Part shown: piece by piece, positions 19,400-31,489 of the stretch
Layout: the number at the start of each line of letters is the position of its first letter
Numbering within the stretch: the first letter of the stretch is position 1
Origin: Octadecabacter sp.
GTDB taxonomy: Bacteria; Pseudomonadota; Alphaproteobacteria; Rhodobacterales; Rhodobacteraceae
DNA: 64,000 nucleotides
Direction: 5' to 3'
Assembly (NCBI GenBank): GCA_018608045.1
Contig: JABBAI010000180.1
Span: 15,295-79,294, forward strand
Made by a program: the position numbers and the translations under genes
Notes under the pieces: generated by a model
Seen by the model: the letters and a program-made list of their open reading frames with translations, nothing else
What the model was told of the DNA's origin: nothing
The model's database searches: none

Positions 19400-19482
19400 G
19401 ATTACTCCTCCAAAGGACGTGGTTCATGCGCGACCTTAGAAAGGTGGAGTTATCAAGGTTTGAAGGGGGCGTTCGGTGCTGT

Positions 19483-19507
19483 CGGGTGTGGCGCAACACG
19501 CCACCCG
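19483..19507. terminator. Hairpin downstream of pncB
   Basis: CGGGTGTGGCG-CAACA-CGCCACCCG imperfect inverted repeat in the intergenic gap. Confidence 0.4.
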
Positions 19508-19517
19508 GTTTATGCCT

Positions 19518-20810
19518 CTAAACGACCACGTCGATTTCGTCCTGATCGCCGACACCAAACACGCGCTTATACCGCGCAATTTCAGCCGCAGGACCCATCG
19601 CCTTCTTCGGGTTATCGCTTAATTTCACAGTGGGCCTGCCATTGGCGGACACTGCCTTACACACCATCGAAAACGGAGCGAGGGCATCATTGGCTGTCAG
19701 GCCCTTAAAGTCATTGGTCAGCATTGTACCCCAACCGAAAGACACGCGCGTGCGGCCCTGAAACTGTTTGTGCAATTGTACGATCTTGTCGACGTCGAGC
19801 CCATCACTGAAGATGACCAGCTTTTCTTTTGGGTCTTCGCCACGCGATTCCCACCATTTGATCGCAACTTCGGCGGCTGTCGCAGGATCACCACTGTCCA
19901 CGCGAATGCCCGTCCACCCCGCAAGCCAATCCGGTGCGTTATCAAGAAACCCTTGGGTGCCATACGTATCAGGCAGAATAATGCGCAAATTGCCGTCGTG
20001 TTCATCGTGCCAATCGGACAACACATCGTAGGGGGCCTGAAACAGTGCCTCATCGGTGTCGGCCAAGGCGGAATAGACCATGGGCAGTTCATGGGCATTC
20101 GTTCCGATGGCTTCAAGATCGCGGTTCTTGGCGATCAGACAATTGGACGTGCCGCCGAAGTTGTCGCCCAATCCTTCGCGCATCGCTTGTACGGCCCAGT
20201 CCTGCCATAGAAACGAATGGCGGCGACGTGTGCCAAAATCTGCCACGCGCAACCCTTCCAGCGGGCGCAGTTTTTCGACTTTTTCCCAAAGTTTTGTCAT
20301 CGCGCGTGCGTATAGAACCTGAAGTTCAAACCGCCCCATGGTGCCTAACACTGCACGACCGCGCAGCTCCATCAGGATCGACAATGCTGGAATTTCCCAC
20401 AGCATGACTTCGGGCCAAGACCCTTCAAACGTCAATTCATATTGCCCGTCACGTTTTTCAAGGTGGTAGGGCGGGAGGCGCAGGTTTTCGAACCAGTCCA
20501 TGAATTCAGAACTGAACATGGCGCGTTTGCCGTAAAATGTGTTGCCGCGCATCCAAGTGGATTCGCCACGGCTTAGCGATAAGGACCGCACGTGGTCCAA
20601 CTGTTCGCGCAATTCACCCTCATCGATCAGGTCGGCAAGACGGATGGATTTACTGCGGTTGATCAGCGAAAACGTGACCTGCGTGTCCGGTTTGTTGCGA
20701 AACACAGACTGGCACATCAGCAGCTTATAAAAATCGGTATCAATAAGGGAGCGGACGATCGGGTCGATCTTCCATTTGTGGTTCCAGACGCGGGTTGCGA
20801 TATCGACCAT
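19518..20810 (-). CDS. pncB: Nicotinate phosphoribosyltransferase
   Basis: SLIDTDFYKLLM, DFGTRRRHS, GTNAHE, LPDTYGT, RVDSGDP, IFSDGLD, VKLSDNP. Confidence 0.96.
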   Translation of the reverse strand: MVDIATRVWNHKWKIDPIVRSLIDTDFYKLLMCQSVFRNKPDTQVTFSLINRSKSIRLADLIDEGELREQLDHVRSLSLSRGESTWMRGNTFYGKRAMFSSEFMDWFENLRLPPYHLEKRDGQYELTFEGSWPEVMLWEIPALSILMELRGRAVLGTMGRFELQVLYARAMTKLWEKVEKLRPLEGLRVADFGTRRRHSFLWQDWAVQAMREGLGDNFGGTSNCLIAKNRDLEAIGTNAHELPMVYSALADTDEALFQAPYDVLSDWHDEHDGNLRIILPDTYGTQGFLDNAPDWLAGWTGIRVDSGDPATAAEVAIKWWESRGEDPKEKLVIFSDGLDVDKIVQLHKQFQGRTRVSFGWGTMLTNDFKGLTANDALAPFSMVCKAVSANGRPTVKLSDNPKKAMGPAAEIARYKRVFGVGDQDEIDVVV

Positions 20811-20894
20811 TACAGGCTCCAATTTTATTCAGGCCCGTTAGAACAAAGCGCGGGGCGCGGGTAAAGGTGGGACCATTAAAATACCGATCTACGT

Positions 20895-21482
20895 TTAGTT
20901 CGTGATCCCGTTGAACGGCACAGGGTTCAGTTCTTGCTGCCAATCATTGATCGCATCAATCGGGGCGATCAGCTGGATCGTGGACAGCGTCAGGTTATCG
21001 CGCCCAATCAGACCCGCTGTCAGTTCAAGACCCAGAACCTCGATAATCACCATTGGAATACGCAATGTGTAGGCCGCAAAGAAACCACCCATCATGAAGA
21101 TATAGTCACTAACCACGCTCAAAACGGAAACGCCGAGGTAACCAACATTGATGGTGGTCGCGCGAAACGCATAAAGAACCCAGTTGGTGTGTTCAATCAC
21201 CTCCCATGTGATGCCCGTGACGATTGCCGCCAAGAACAGCGGTTCAAACCCGAGTTTTGGAAAGAAGATACGCCCCGGAGGCGCGATCAGAACCCCGTGC
21301 AGAATATGGCTTAACGTGTACCAATCCGCGATATGCTGCGAATTTCCGCCATCAAAGATCGACGGCACCCACAGCTTGATGTCCCCGCATGTGCAGATCA
21401 GCGGCTGCCCCCAAAACCAAAGCGTTCCGCCAATGATAAAAAAGCCGGCGACGGCGAATATATTCAGGTTCGTTCGCGACAT
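20895..21482 (-). CDS. DUF2585 family membrane protein
   Basis: GQPLICTCGDIKLW, NSQHIADWYTLSHILHG, WEVIEHT, RDNLTL. Confidence 0.8.
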   Translation of the reverse strand: MSRTNLNIFAVAGFFIIGGTLWFWGQPLICTCGDIKLWVPSIFDGGNSQHIADWYTLSHILHGVLIAPPGRIFFPKLGFEPLFLAAIVTGITWEVIEHTNWVLYAFRATTINVGYLGVSVLSVVSDYIFMMGGFFAAYTLRIPMVIIEVLGLELTAGLIGRDNLTLSTIQLIAPIDAINDWQQELNPVPFNGITN

Positions 21483-21549
21483 GTCAGGCTCCTGCGTACG
21501 TGTGCTGAAACAGAGCTAACATATCCATGCGGCGAGACTTCGACAAACA

Positions 21550-22149
21550 CTAGGCCTGTTCAACACTAACGCCCGCTTGTGTCATGCCCGCAATTGCCGC
21601 ATCCAAGGACCCGTCAAAATCAATCGCGCGGCACAGGTTCATCCGCACGGTCACATTAAACCCGAGCTTTGCAGCATCCACAGCAGAATAATTCACACAA
21701 AAATCTGTCGCCAACCCGACCAGTGTAAGGGTGTCGATGCCACGCGTGCGCAAATATCCCTCAAGCCCTGTGGGCGTCGAATGGTCGTTCTCAAAAAATG
21801 CAGAATAGCTGTCGATGGCGGGATTGTACCCTTTGCGGATGATCATATCGGCTGCATCAACATTCAGATCGCTATGAAAAGCAGCGCCATTCGTGCCGAT
21901 GATACAGTGATCGGGCCACAGCACCTGCGGGCCATAAGGCATTTGCGTCAGTGTCATCGGATCAGCACCATGGGTCGTCGCAAAGGACGAATGCCCCGCC
22001 GGATGCCAGTCTTGCGTCAGGATCACCGCGTCATATTCGGGCATGATCGCGTTGATCCCACGCACGATGTCATCCCCATCCGCCACGGCGAGAGCGCCAC
22101 CAGGGCAAAAGTCGTTCTGAACATCAATGATAAGAAGGGCGTGGGACAT
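21550..22149 (-). CDS. pncA: Nicotinamidase/pyrazinamidase
   Basis: IDVQNDFCPGGALAV, QDWHP, WPDHC, DSYSAFFEN, GLATDFCV. Confidence 0.95.
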   Translation of the reverse strand: MSHALLIIDVQNDFCPGGALAVADGDDIVRGINAIMPEYDAVILTQDWHPAGHSSFATTHGADPMTLTQMPYGPQVLWPDHCIIGTNGAAFHSDLNVDAADMIIRKGYNPAIDSYSAFFENDHSTPTGLEGYLRTRGIDTLTLVGLATDFCVNYSAVDAAKLGFNVTVRMNLCRAIDFDGSLDAAIAGMTQAGVSVEQA

Positions 22150-22225
22150 GGTGTGACCTTTGGCAAAACTGGTTTGCCCCATCCTACGGGTTGAGAGGCG
22201 GCGCGCAAAGGCGTATTGGGCGCTC

Positions 22226-23137
22226 ATGTTTACTGTTGCGGCCCTTTATCACTTCACGTCGTTTGACGATCCCACCGCCCTGAAGGGGCCGTTGGCGGCT
22301 GCTTGTGCTGCGGGCGATGTGATGGGAACGCTGCTGTTGGCCCGCGAAGGGATCAACGGCACGATCGCAGGGCCACGCGCAGGTATTGACGCCGTGTTGG
22401 CCCACATCCGCGCCCTGCCCGGCTGTAGCGATTTTGAATGGAAAGAAAGCAGCGCAACCGTGCCGCCCTTCAACCGCATGAAGGTCCGTATCAAACGTGA
22501 AATCGTGACCATGGGCCAACCGGACGTGGACCCAAAAGCCAGCGTTGGCCGCTACGTCACGGCGCAAGATTGGAATGAATTGATCGCATCACCGGACGTT
22601 GCCGTCATCGACACCCGCAATGATTATGAGGTCGCGATCGGGACGTTTGACGGTGCAATAGACCCTGAGACCAAAAGTTTTGGTGAATTTCCCGCTTGGT
22701 GGGAAGCCAACAAAGACCGTTTTCACAACAAGCGGATTGCGATGTTTTGCACAGGCGGCATTCGCTGTGAGAAATCTACAAATTATCTGATCGGGCAAGG
22801 TATTGAAGACGTTTACCACCTCAAAGGTGGCATTCTGAAATACCTCGAAGAGGTCCCAGAGGCAGACAGCAAATGGGACGGTTCATGCTTTGTGTTTGAT
22901 GCCCGTGTATCGGTTGAACACGGTTTGGAAGAAGGCCCCCATGTGTTGTGCTTTGCGTGCCGCCGCCCTTTGATGCCCGCAGACCAAGGTCGTGCGGAAT
23001 ACGAGCATGGCGTGTCCTGTCACAAATGCGCGCATGAAACAACGGATGCCGACAAAGACCGTTTTCGCGAACGCCAGAAACAGATCACGCTATCCAAGGC
23101 GCGCGGCGAACAACATATTGGCCCAGCTGCGGGTTAG
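22226..23137 (+). CDS. trhO: Rhodanese-domain tRNA uridine(34) hydroxylase (UPF0176/YceA)
   Basis: EGINGTIAG, KREIVTMG, IDTRNDYEVAIGTF, FCTGGIRCEKST, HLKGGILKYLE, CFVFDARV. Confidence 0.88.
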   Translation: MFTVAALYHFTSFDDPTALKGPLAAACAAGDVMGTLLLAREGINGTIAGPRAGIDAVLAHIRALPGCSDFEWKESSATVPPFNRMKVRIKREIVTMGQPDVDPKASVGRYVTAQDWNELIASPDVAVIDTRNDYEVAIGTFDGAIDPETKSFGEFPAWWEANKDRFHNKRIAMFCTGGIRCEKSTNYLIGQGIEDVYHLKGGILKYLEEVPEADSKWDGSCFVFDARVSVEHGLEEGPHVLCFACRRPLMPADQGRAEYEHGVSCHKCAHETTDADKDRFRERQKQITLSKARGEQHIGPAAG

Positions 23138-23191
23138 GTCTGGTCATTCCGAAGGCTTTGCGGTGAAGTTCCCCAAAAGGAGCCCCGCGCC

Positions 23192-24439
23192 ATGATCACA
23201 CCGTCCCTTCTCGAAGATGTCCGTTCAAAATTCGCCCACGTGGACAGCTGTCCCTTTCAGGGTCCTCGCGTGTTTTTTGAAAATGCAGGGGGCGCTTTGA
23301 CGTTGAAGTCAGCGGTGGAAACCTCTGCTAAGTTTGCAGCGATCCCGGACAATCAGGGGCGGGATAATCCCGCGGCACATGCGTTGGTCGATATCATCAA
23401 CACCGCCAAGGCATCCGCGATGGAGTGGTTTAACGCATCGTCGGGGCAGGTGTTTGTCGGGGAAAGCGGGACCGAATTATTGTTTCGCCTGATCCGTACG
23501 GCTGTTGCAGGGACGTCAGGCGGGGTTTTGCTGGGATCGACCGTCGAACACCCTGCATCCCGATCGGCGATGAACCACTGGGCCGAAAAACTGGATCGCG
23601 ATTACCATTTGGTCCCGCACGACGATGCCTTAGGATTGGTAGCCGCGCAGGCCTACGCGGAACATGTGACACCAGACACCAAAGTCGCGACGATCCTTCA
23701 TACCTCACCAGTTACAGGAATGGGCATGGATTTGGCGGCGATTTCTGCTGCGATCCGCGCCGTTGCGCCGGACTGTTTTATCATCGTGGATGGAATCCAG
23801 CACGCATCGCACGGGCTGGTCGATCTTGAGGCGGCGAACGTGGATGGTTACGTCGTTTCGCCCTACAAAGTGTTTTCCCGCCATGGATACGGCGTGGCAT
23901 GGGTTTCAGATCGTTTGACTGCACTTGGACCTGAACAGCTTGATGGTGGGCCGACGCAAAGCTGGGAATTCGGAACGCGAGACACGGGTGCTTATGCGAC
24001 CTTCCAAGACGTTGTGGATTACTTCGATTGGCTCGGTGGCGCGATTGGCGATGCACCGACACGACGTGATCGGATTGAAGCCGCGGGTGGCGCGATCAAG
24101 ACCTACGAAAAGACCCTCACCGATGCGATGCTACACGGGACCGGCAACCTTAAGGGCCTCGCTGAAATGGATGGAGTCCACATCGTTGGCGGTGTCGATA
24201 ATCCTGCCCGCGAAGGTCTGGTTTGTTTTTGGGCTGATACAGCGGCGGCTGCTGATATTGTGACTGCGCTGAACAAGGAAGGTGTCCGCACACACGTTCG
24301 AAAGGCGGATCATTACAGCGGCAATATCCTTACTCCGCTTGGTCAAACAGCCGCCGTGCGCGTATCTATGTGCCATTACAATTCTGTCGACGAAGTCGCG
24401 CGGTTCTTATCGGTCATGGCGCAGATATTGGACGACTGA
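23192..24439 (+). CDS. Class V PLP-dependent aminotransferase / cysteine-desulfurase-like protein
   Basis: FFENAGGAL, VEHPAS, VDGIQH, PLP lysine in SPYKVF, VRVSMCHYNSVDEV. Confidence 0.85.
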   Translation: MITPSLLEDVRSKFAHVDSCPFQGPRVFFENAGGALTLKSAVETSAKFAAIPDNQGRDNPAAHALVDIINTAKASAMEWFNASSGQVFVGESGTELLFRLIRTAVAGTSGGVLLGSTVEHPASRSAMNHWAEKLDRDYHLVPHDDALGLVAAQAYAEHVTPDTKVATILHTSPVTGMGMDLAAISAAIRAVAPDCFIIVDGIQHASHGLVDLEAANVDGYVVSPYKVFSRHGYGVAWVSDRLTALGPEQLDGGPTQSWEFGTRDTGAYATFQDVVDYFDWLGGAIGDAPTRRDRIEAAGGAIKTYEKTLTDAMLHGTGNLKGLAEMDGVHIVGGVDNPAREGLVCFWADTAAAADIVTALNKEGVRTHVRKADHYSGNILTPLGQTAAVRVSMCHYNSVDEVARFLSVMAQILDD

Positions 24440-24474
24440 TCGACGCCGCCCAATATCCTGAACAAAGTCCTATT

Positions 24475-26982
<2,508 letters not shown>

Positions 26983-28092
26983 CTACGCCAGCACAGCCGT
27001 TGAGACGCCGTTTTCATCCGTCACATGGACAAATTGCGCGGCCTCCCCAAGCTCATCAAACAGCTCTGGTCCGGTGCCCGTCATGAAGGCCTGCGCGCCG
27101 AGCGCTGTGATTTCAGCGTATAGCGCGGCGCGGCGGTTTGCGTCCAAGTGGGCGGCAACTTCGTCAAGCAGCAGGATCGGGGGCGCGCCAAAATCATCTG
27201 CAAGCGCGCGGGCATTGGCGAGGATCAGCGAGATCAGCAGCGCCTTCTGCTCCCCCGTTGAACAGTCTTTGGCAGGGACGTCTTTGGCTGCATAGATCGC
27301 ACCAAGGTCTGCGCGATGCGGCCCGATCAACGTGCGACCAGCGGCCATGTCGCGCTGCCTGTTGGACGCAAAGGACGCCAAAAGCGCCTCTGCATCATCA
27401 GGGGTATCACACACGGGATCAGCATGGGTCAGGTCCAGCAATGCAGAGGGAAACGCTGTTTCTGTCGCCATCTGTGCGTTGGCCAACAACAACAGCGCGT
27501 CTGATCGATTACGATGGATTTGCGCGCCGGCATCGGCCATTTGCCGTTCAAGTGCTGCGTACCAATGGGCATCGCGCACCATATCCTTGAGCAAACGGTT
27601 GCGTTCGCGCATCGCCTTTTCATAGGCCAGAACGGCCTCCGCATGGGACGGCTCAAAGCTCAGCGTCGCGCGGTCAAGGAAACGGCGCCGTCCTTCCGCG
27701 CCCTCAATCCAAAGACGGTCCATCGCAGGGATAAGCCACAGAACACGGCCGATCCGGCCCAACGCAACCTGTGCGGCGGCTTTGCTGTCAATTTTGGTCT
27801 GACGAGGCGCGCCATTTTCCGACCATGCCTCAATTTCGTGACGCTGGGACAGCGAGGTCAGATCAGCGGTCACCTTCCAGCCCAGCGCCTCTGGCCGGCG
27901 CGTCATGTCCTCGGACGACGCACGGCGCAGACCACGGCCCGGGGACAGGATCGACACAGCTTCGAGGATATTGGTTTTACCCGCACCATTAGGCCCATGG
28001 ATCGCGACAGGACGGCCGTCCAGTTCAAGCTTGGCGCGCTTGTGCGATCTGAAATGGGATAGCGTCAGTTGAGACAGAAAAAGGGCCGACAT
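26983..28092 (-). CDS. recF: DNA replication/repair protein RecF
   Basis: GPNGAGKTNILEA, RRRFLDR, GPHRADL, CSTGEQKALL, LLDEVAAHLD. Confidence 0.97.
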   Translation of the reverse strand: MSALFLSQLTLSHFRSHKRAKLELDGRPVAIHGPNGAGKTNILEAVSILSPGRGLRRASSEDMTRRPEALGWKVTADLTSLSQRHEIEAWSENGAPRQTKIDSKAAAQVALGRIGRVLWLIPAMDRLWIEGAEGRRRFLDRATLSFEPSHAEAVLAYEKAMRERNRLLKDMVRDAHWYAALERQMADAGAQIHRNRSDALLLLANAQMATETAFPSALLDLTHADPVCDTPDDAEALLASFASNRQRDMAAGRTLIGPHRADLGAIYAAKDVPAKDCSTGEQKALLISLILANARALADDFGAPPILLLDEVAAHLDANRRAALYAEITALGAQAFMTGTGPELFDELGEAAQFVHVTDENGVSTAVLA

Positions 28093-28148
28093 TATGCGCG
28101 GCCCCCTTCCTTCAATTGGTAAATGTCAGTCAACACACACGCGCCTAA

Positions 28149-29267
28149 TCAAACCCTCATGGGCATGACGACGTAGATCGCGCTGGTATCATTGCCTTCG
28201 CGCATCAACGTCGGGTCACCCGATGAATTGAACATGAACACTGCGTTTTCACGATCCACTTGGGACGCGATTTCGAGAAGGTATTTCGCGTTGAACCCGA
28301 TTTCGAGGCGTTCGTCGCCGTACGCCACGGCGAGCTCTTCTTCGGCGGCACCACTGTCAGGCGCATTGACGGACAGGATTAGACGGTCTTCGTCCAACTG
28401 CAATTTCACCGCGCGGGACCTCTCAGACGACACGGTTGCCACGCGGTCCACGGCACGGGCAAATTCCTGTGCGTCCACTTCCATTTTGCGGGTGTTCCCC
28501 TGTGGGATCACGCGGGTGTAGTCGGGGAAGGTGCCGTCAATGACCTTGGACGTCAGAGTAATGTCCGGGGTCGCAAAGCGGATTTTGGTTTCCGACACTG
28601 AAACGGCGATCTTCATATCGTCGTCATCAAGAAGCTTGCGCAATTCACCCACGGTTTTGCGCGGCACGATCACCCCAGCCATACCTTCCGCACCTTCGGG
28701 AAGTTCTGCGTCGATGCGAGCCAAACGGTGGCCATCTGTCGCAACGCAGCGCAAGACCTTACCGCCATCGGACTCAGCCACATGCATGTACACACCGTTG
28801 AGGTAGTAACGCGTTTCTTCGGTGGAAATCGCAAACTTGGATTTGTCGAACAGGCGGCGCAACACTGGCGCGGGGCAGCTAAAGTTCGCGGCGTAATCGG
28901 ACGTCGCCATCACGGGGAAATCTTCTTTGGGGAGTGTGGCAAGCGAGAAGTTCGAACGACCTGCCTCAATCGTCAAACGGCCAGAGGCGCTGTCCTCAGT
29001 CAGGGTGACCAAGGCGCCATCGGGCAATTTGCGAACAATCTCGTTCAGGGTCACAGCGGAAACGGTCGTGGATCCCGCGCGTTCAACTACCGCCGGTGCT
29101 TTGTCGACAACTTCGATATCAAGGTCTGTCGCGCGAAAAGTTGCGTCTGATCCTTCGGCTTCGATCAGCACGTTGGCAAGGATCGGGATGGTGTTGCGGC
29201 GTTCCACCACGGATTGGGCTTGTGCCACTGCCTTAAGCAGTGCTGCGCGTTCGATGCTGAGTTTCAT
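28149..29267 (-). CDS. dnaN: DNA polymerase III beta sliding clamp
   Basis: VERRNTIPILANV, ATDLDIE, EETRYYLNG, ATDGHRL, GTFPDYTRV, VVMPMRV. Confidence 0.98.
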   Translation of the reverse strand: MKLSIERAALLKAVAQAQSVVERRNTIPILANVLIEAEGSDATFRATDLDIEVVDKAPAVVERAGSTTVSAVTLNEIVRKLPDGALVTLTEDSASGRLTIEAGRSNFSLATLPKEDFPVMATSDYAANFSCPAPVLRRLFDKSKFAISTEETRYYLNGVYMHVAESDGGKVLRCVATDGHRLARIDAELPEGAEGMAGVIVPRKTVGELRKLLDDDDMKIAVSVSETKIRFATPDITLTSKVIDGTFPDYTRVIPQGNTRKMEVDAQEFARAVDRVATVSSERSRAVKLQLDEDRLILSVNAPDSGAAEEELAVAYGDERLEIGFNAKYLLEIASQVDRENAVFMFNSSGDPTLMREGNDTSAIYVVMPMRV

Positions 29268-29350
29268 GGCCAAGCCCCTGTTGGTGATCCCGCCATAGGT
29301 GCGGGAAGATAAAACTAGCGGTTTTTAGCGCAGTCACAAGCGGTTTGTGG

Positions 29351-30676
29351 TCAGTCTTCGAGAGCGCGGCGCAACAATTCCAGATCGTCTGCAATCTGGC
29401 TGTCAGACTGGCGCAATTCGTCAATTTTACGCACACCATGCATGATCGTTGTGTGATCGCGTTTGCCGAACTTTCGGCCGATCTCGGGCAGGCTGCGGGA
29501 CGTCAGCTGTTTGCACAACCACATCGCGACCTGACGCGGACGTGCAAGGCTGCGCGTGCGCTTTGGCCCAAGCATATCAGAGAGGCGAATGTCGTAGTGT
29601 TCGGACACCTTACGCTGAATTTCTTCGATGGTGAGCTTACGATCCGACGCGCGAAGGATGTCAGACAGACAGTCCTGTGCCATTTCGACTGTTACGGTGC
29701 GGCCCACAAGCGACGCCAGCGCGTACAGACGGTTCAATGCGCCTTCAAGAACACGCACGTTGCTGGAAATGCGGTGCGCAAGGAATTCGAGGACACCTGT
29801 CGCTATTTCAACACCGGGATAAACGTTTACATAAGTTTCCTGCTTGGCATGAAGAATACCAAGACGCAGTTCGTAGTCTGTTGGGTGCAGGTCAACGACC
29901 AGACCACATTGCAGGCGGGATTTGATCCGCTCGCTCAGATCACGAATTTCACCGGGTGCACGATCTGCGGAAATAATCAGCTGTTTGTTCTGATCCACGA
30001 GCGCGTTGAACGTGTGGAAGAATTCTTCTTGGGTGGATTCCTTGCCTTCAAGGAACTGGATGTCATCGACCATCAGCACATCAACAGACCGGAAATGCTG
30101 TTTGAAATCCATCATCTTGCGTTCCCGCAATGCGGAGATGAAACGGTAAATGAACTGGTCAGCCGAAATATACAGCACGTTCAAATCGGGCCGCTTTTCG
30201 CCTAGCTCATGGGCGATGGCGTGCATCAGGTGCGTTTTACCAAGGCCAACGCCACCATAAAGGAACAACGGGTTAAACGTGGTCGGGCCACCCTCAGCGA
30301 CACGTTTCGCGGCTGCGTGCGCCAGCTCATTCGGCTTACCAACAACAAAGCTGTCGAATGTAAAACGCTGATCGGGTTGGGCATCGGCGGTGAGGGGCGT
30401 GGCTTTCTTCGCCGCAGGCTTGGACAGCGACGTCGCACCATCGATATCAAACGCGAGGCGTTGAACGGACATGCCCTGACGGTTGAGGTGATAGATGATC
30501 TGGTCGCCGTAGGTTTTCCCGACGTAATCGCCAACGAACAAATTCGGGGCCGTCAAACGCGCAACACCTTCTGCCGTGTTCACAAGAGACAGGGGTTCAA
30601 TCCAGCTTTTGAAATTACCTGCGCCAATTGCGGAGCGCATGTTTGCCTTCACTTGATCCCATTCCACGTTCGCCAT
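29351..30676 (-). CDS. dnaA: Chromosomal replication initiator DnaA
   Basis: FTFDSFVVG, NPLFLYGGVGLGKTHL, VDDIQF, TQEEFFHTFN, RPRQVAMWL, RDHTTIMHG. Confidence 0.98.
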   Translation of the reverse strand: MANVEWDQVKANMRSAIGAGNFKSWIEPLSLVNTAEGVARLTAPNLFVGDYVGKTYGDQIIYHLNRQGMSVQRLAFDIDGATSLSKPAAKKATPLTADAQPDQRFTFDSFVVGKPNELAHAAAKRVAEGGPTTFNPLFLYGGVGLGKTHLMHAIAHELGEKRPDLNVLYISADQFIYRFISALRERKMMDFKQHFRSVDVLMVDDIQFLEGKESTQEEFFHTFNALVDQNKQLIISADRAPGEIRDLSERIKSRLQCGLVVDLHPTDYELRLGILHAKQETYVNVYPGVEIATGVLEFLAHRISSNVRVLEGALNRLYALASLVGRTVTVEMAQDCLSDILRASDRKLTIEEIQRKVSEHYDIRLSDMLGPKRTRSLARPRQVAMWLCKQLTSRSLPEIGRKFGKRDHTTIMHGVRKIDELRQSDSQIADDLELLRRALED

Positions 30677-30909
30677 GCGTACCAAATCCCAATAAATTGC
30701 CCCGAGCGGTCGCCCGCCCTAAATCCGCAATTCATCACGTCCAAACAGTCAAAAACACTCCGACACCGCACACCCTGTGCCGAGGAACAATTTTTGTCTG
30801 TTGCGTATGGCAACCTCCCCCCAGACAAATGTCTGAAAAGGCTATTGGCACGCAGATACCGTGGTCCTTATGGCATCACGCTTAGCTCCCACGCCAAACG
30901 CAAATGTCA

Positions 30910-31207
30910 GAGTCAAAGTTACGCCCGTCACAATCAACAAGCCCGCATTTCTTAAGAAAACAGGCTATTTGCGTTACCTTGGTGTCCCACGTTCCCCCAG
31001 GAACGAATGAATCGCTTGGGTAAAACTAGCCTTGTGGGGTAGGCCATTTCAACAGCGTTGATGGTCTTGACAGGTCTGTGATCAAAACGAATCTGATGCG
31101 CCCTTGAATCTCAAGGAAAAGTCGTTGGTCCGCGCGGCAAAAAAGAGACCCCTTAACGAAAAAGACGGTCCCGTGGGACCGCCTTAAAATTTTAATTCAC
31201 TAGAATC
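30910..31207. promoter_or_regulatory. Cluster of five GANTC (CcrM) sites upstream of dnaA
   Basis: GANTC at 30910, 31009, 31089, 31106 and 31203; the 31106 site lies within the palindrome CCTTGA-ATC-TCAAGG. Confidence 0.6.
31159..31185 (-). terminator. Intrinsic terminator of rpsT
   Basis: Minus strand reads AAGGCGGTCCC-AC-GGGACCGTCTTTTT. Confidence 0.7.
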
Positions 31208-31225
31208 GGGGGGACCGCCCAAAAC

Positions 31226-31489
31226 TTAAGCGATTGCTTTCACACGGGACACGAGGCGGGACATTTTGCGCGCTGCTGTGTTTTTGTGGAAGACGCCTTT
31301 GGTGACGCCGCGCATCAATTCTGGCTGCAATGCCTGAACAGCGGCCTTTGCTGCGTCTTTGTCGCCAGCTTCGATTGCTTCTTCGGCCTTACGCAGGAAC
31401 GTGCGGATGCGCGAACGGCGTGCTTTGTTTACCTGAAAACGTGCTTCGTTTTGACGTGCGCGTTTTTTAGCCTGTGGAGTATTTGCCAT
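31226..31489 (-). CDS. rpsT: 30S ribosomal protein S20
   Basis: [13 protein letters not shown]...[10 protein letters not shown]...[12 protein letters not shown]. Confidence 0.98.
   Translation of the reverse strand: MANTPQAKKRARQNEARFQVNKARRSRIRTFLRKAEEAIEAGDKDAAKAAVQALQPELMRGVTKGVFHKNTAARKMSRLVSRVKAIA

Noticed and set aside
29270-31225. Possible oriC next to dnaA
   Set aside because: No TTATCCACA-type DnaA box cluster or AT-rich unwinding repeats seen by eye; alphaproteobacterial origins are often unlinked from dnaA.
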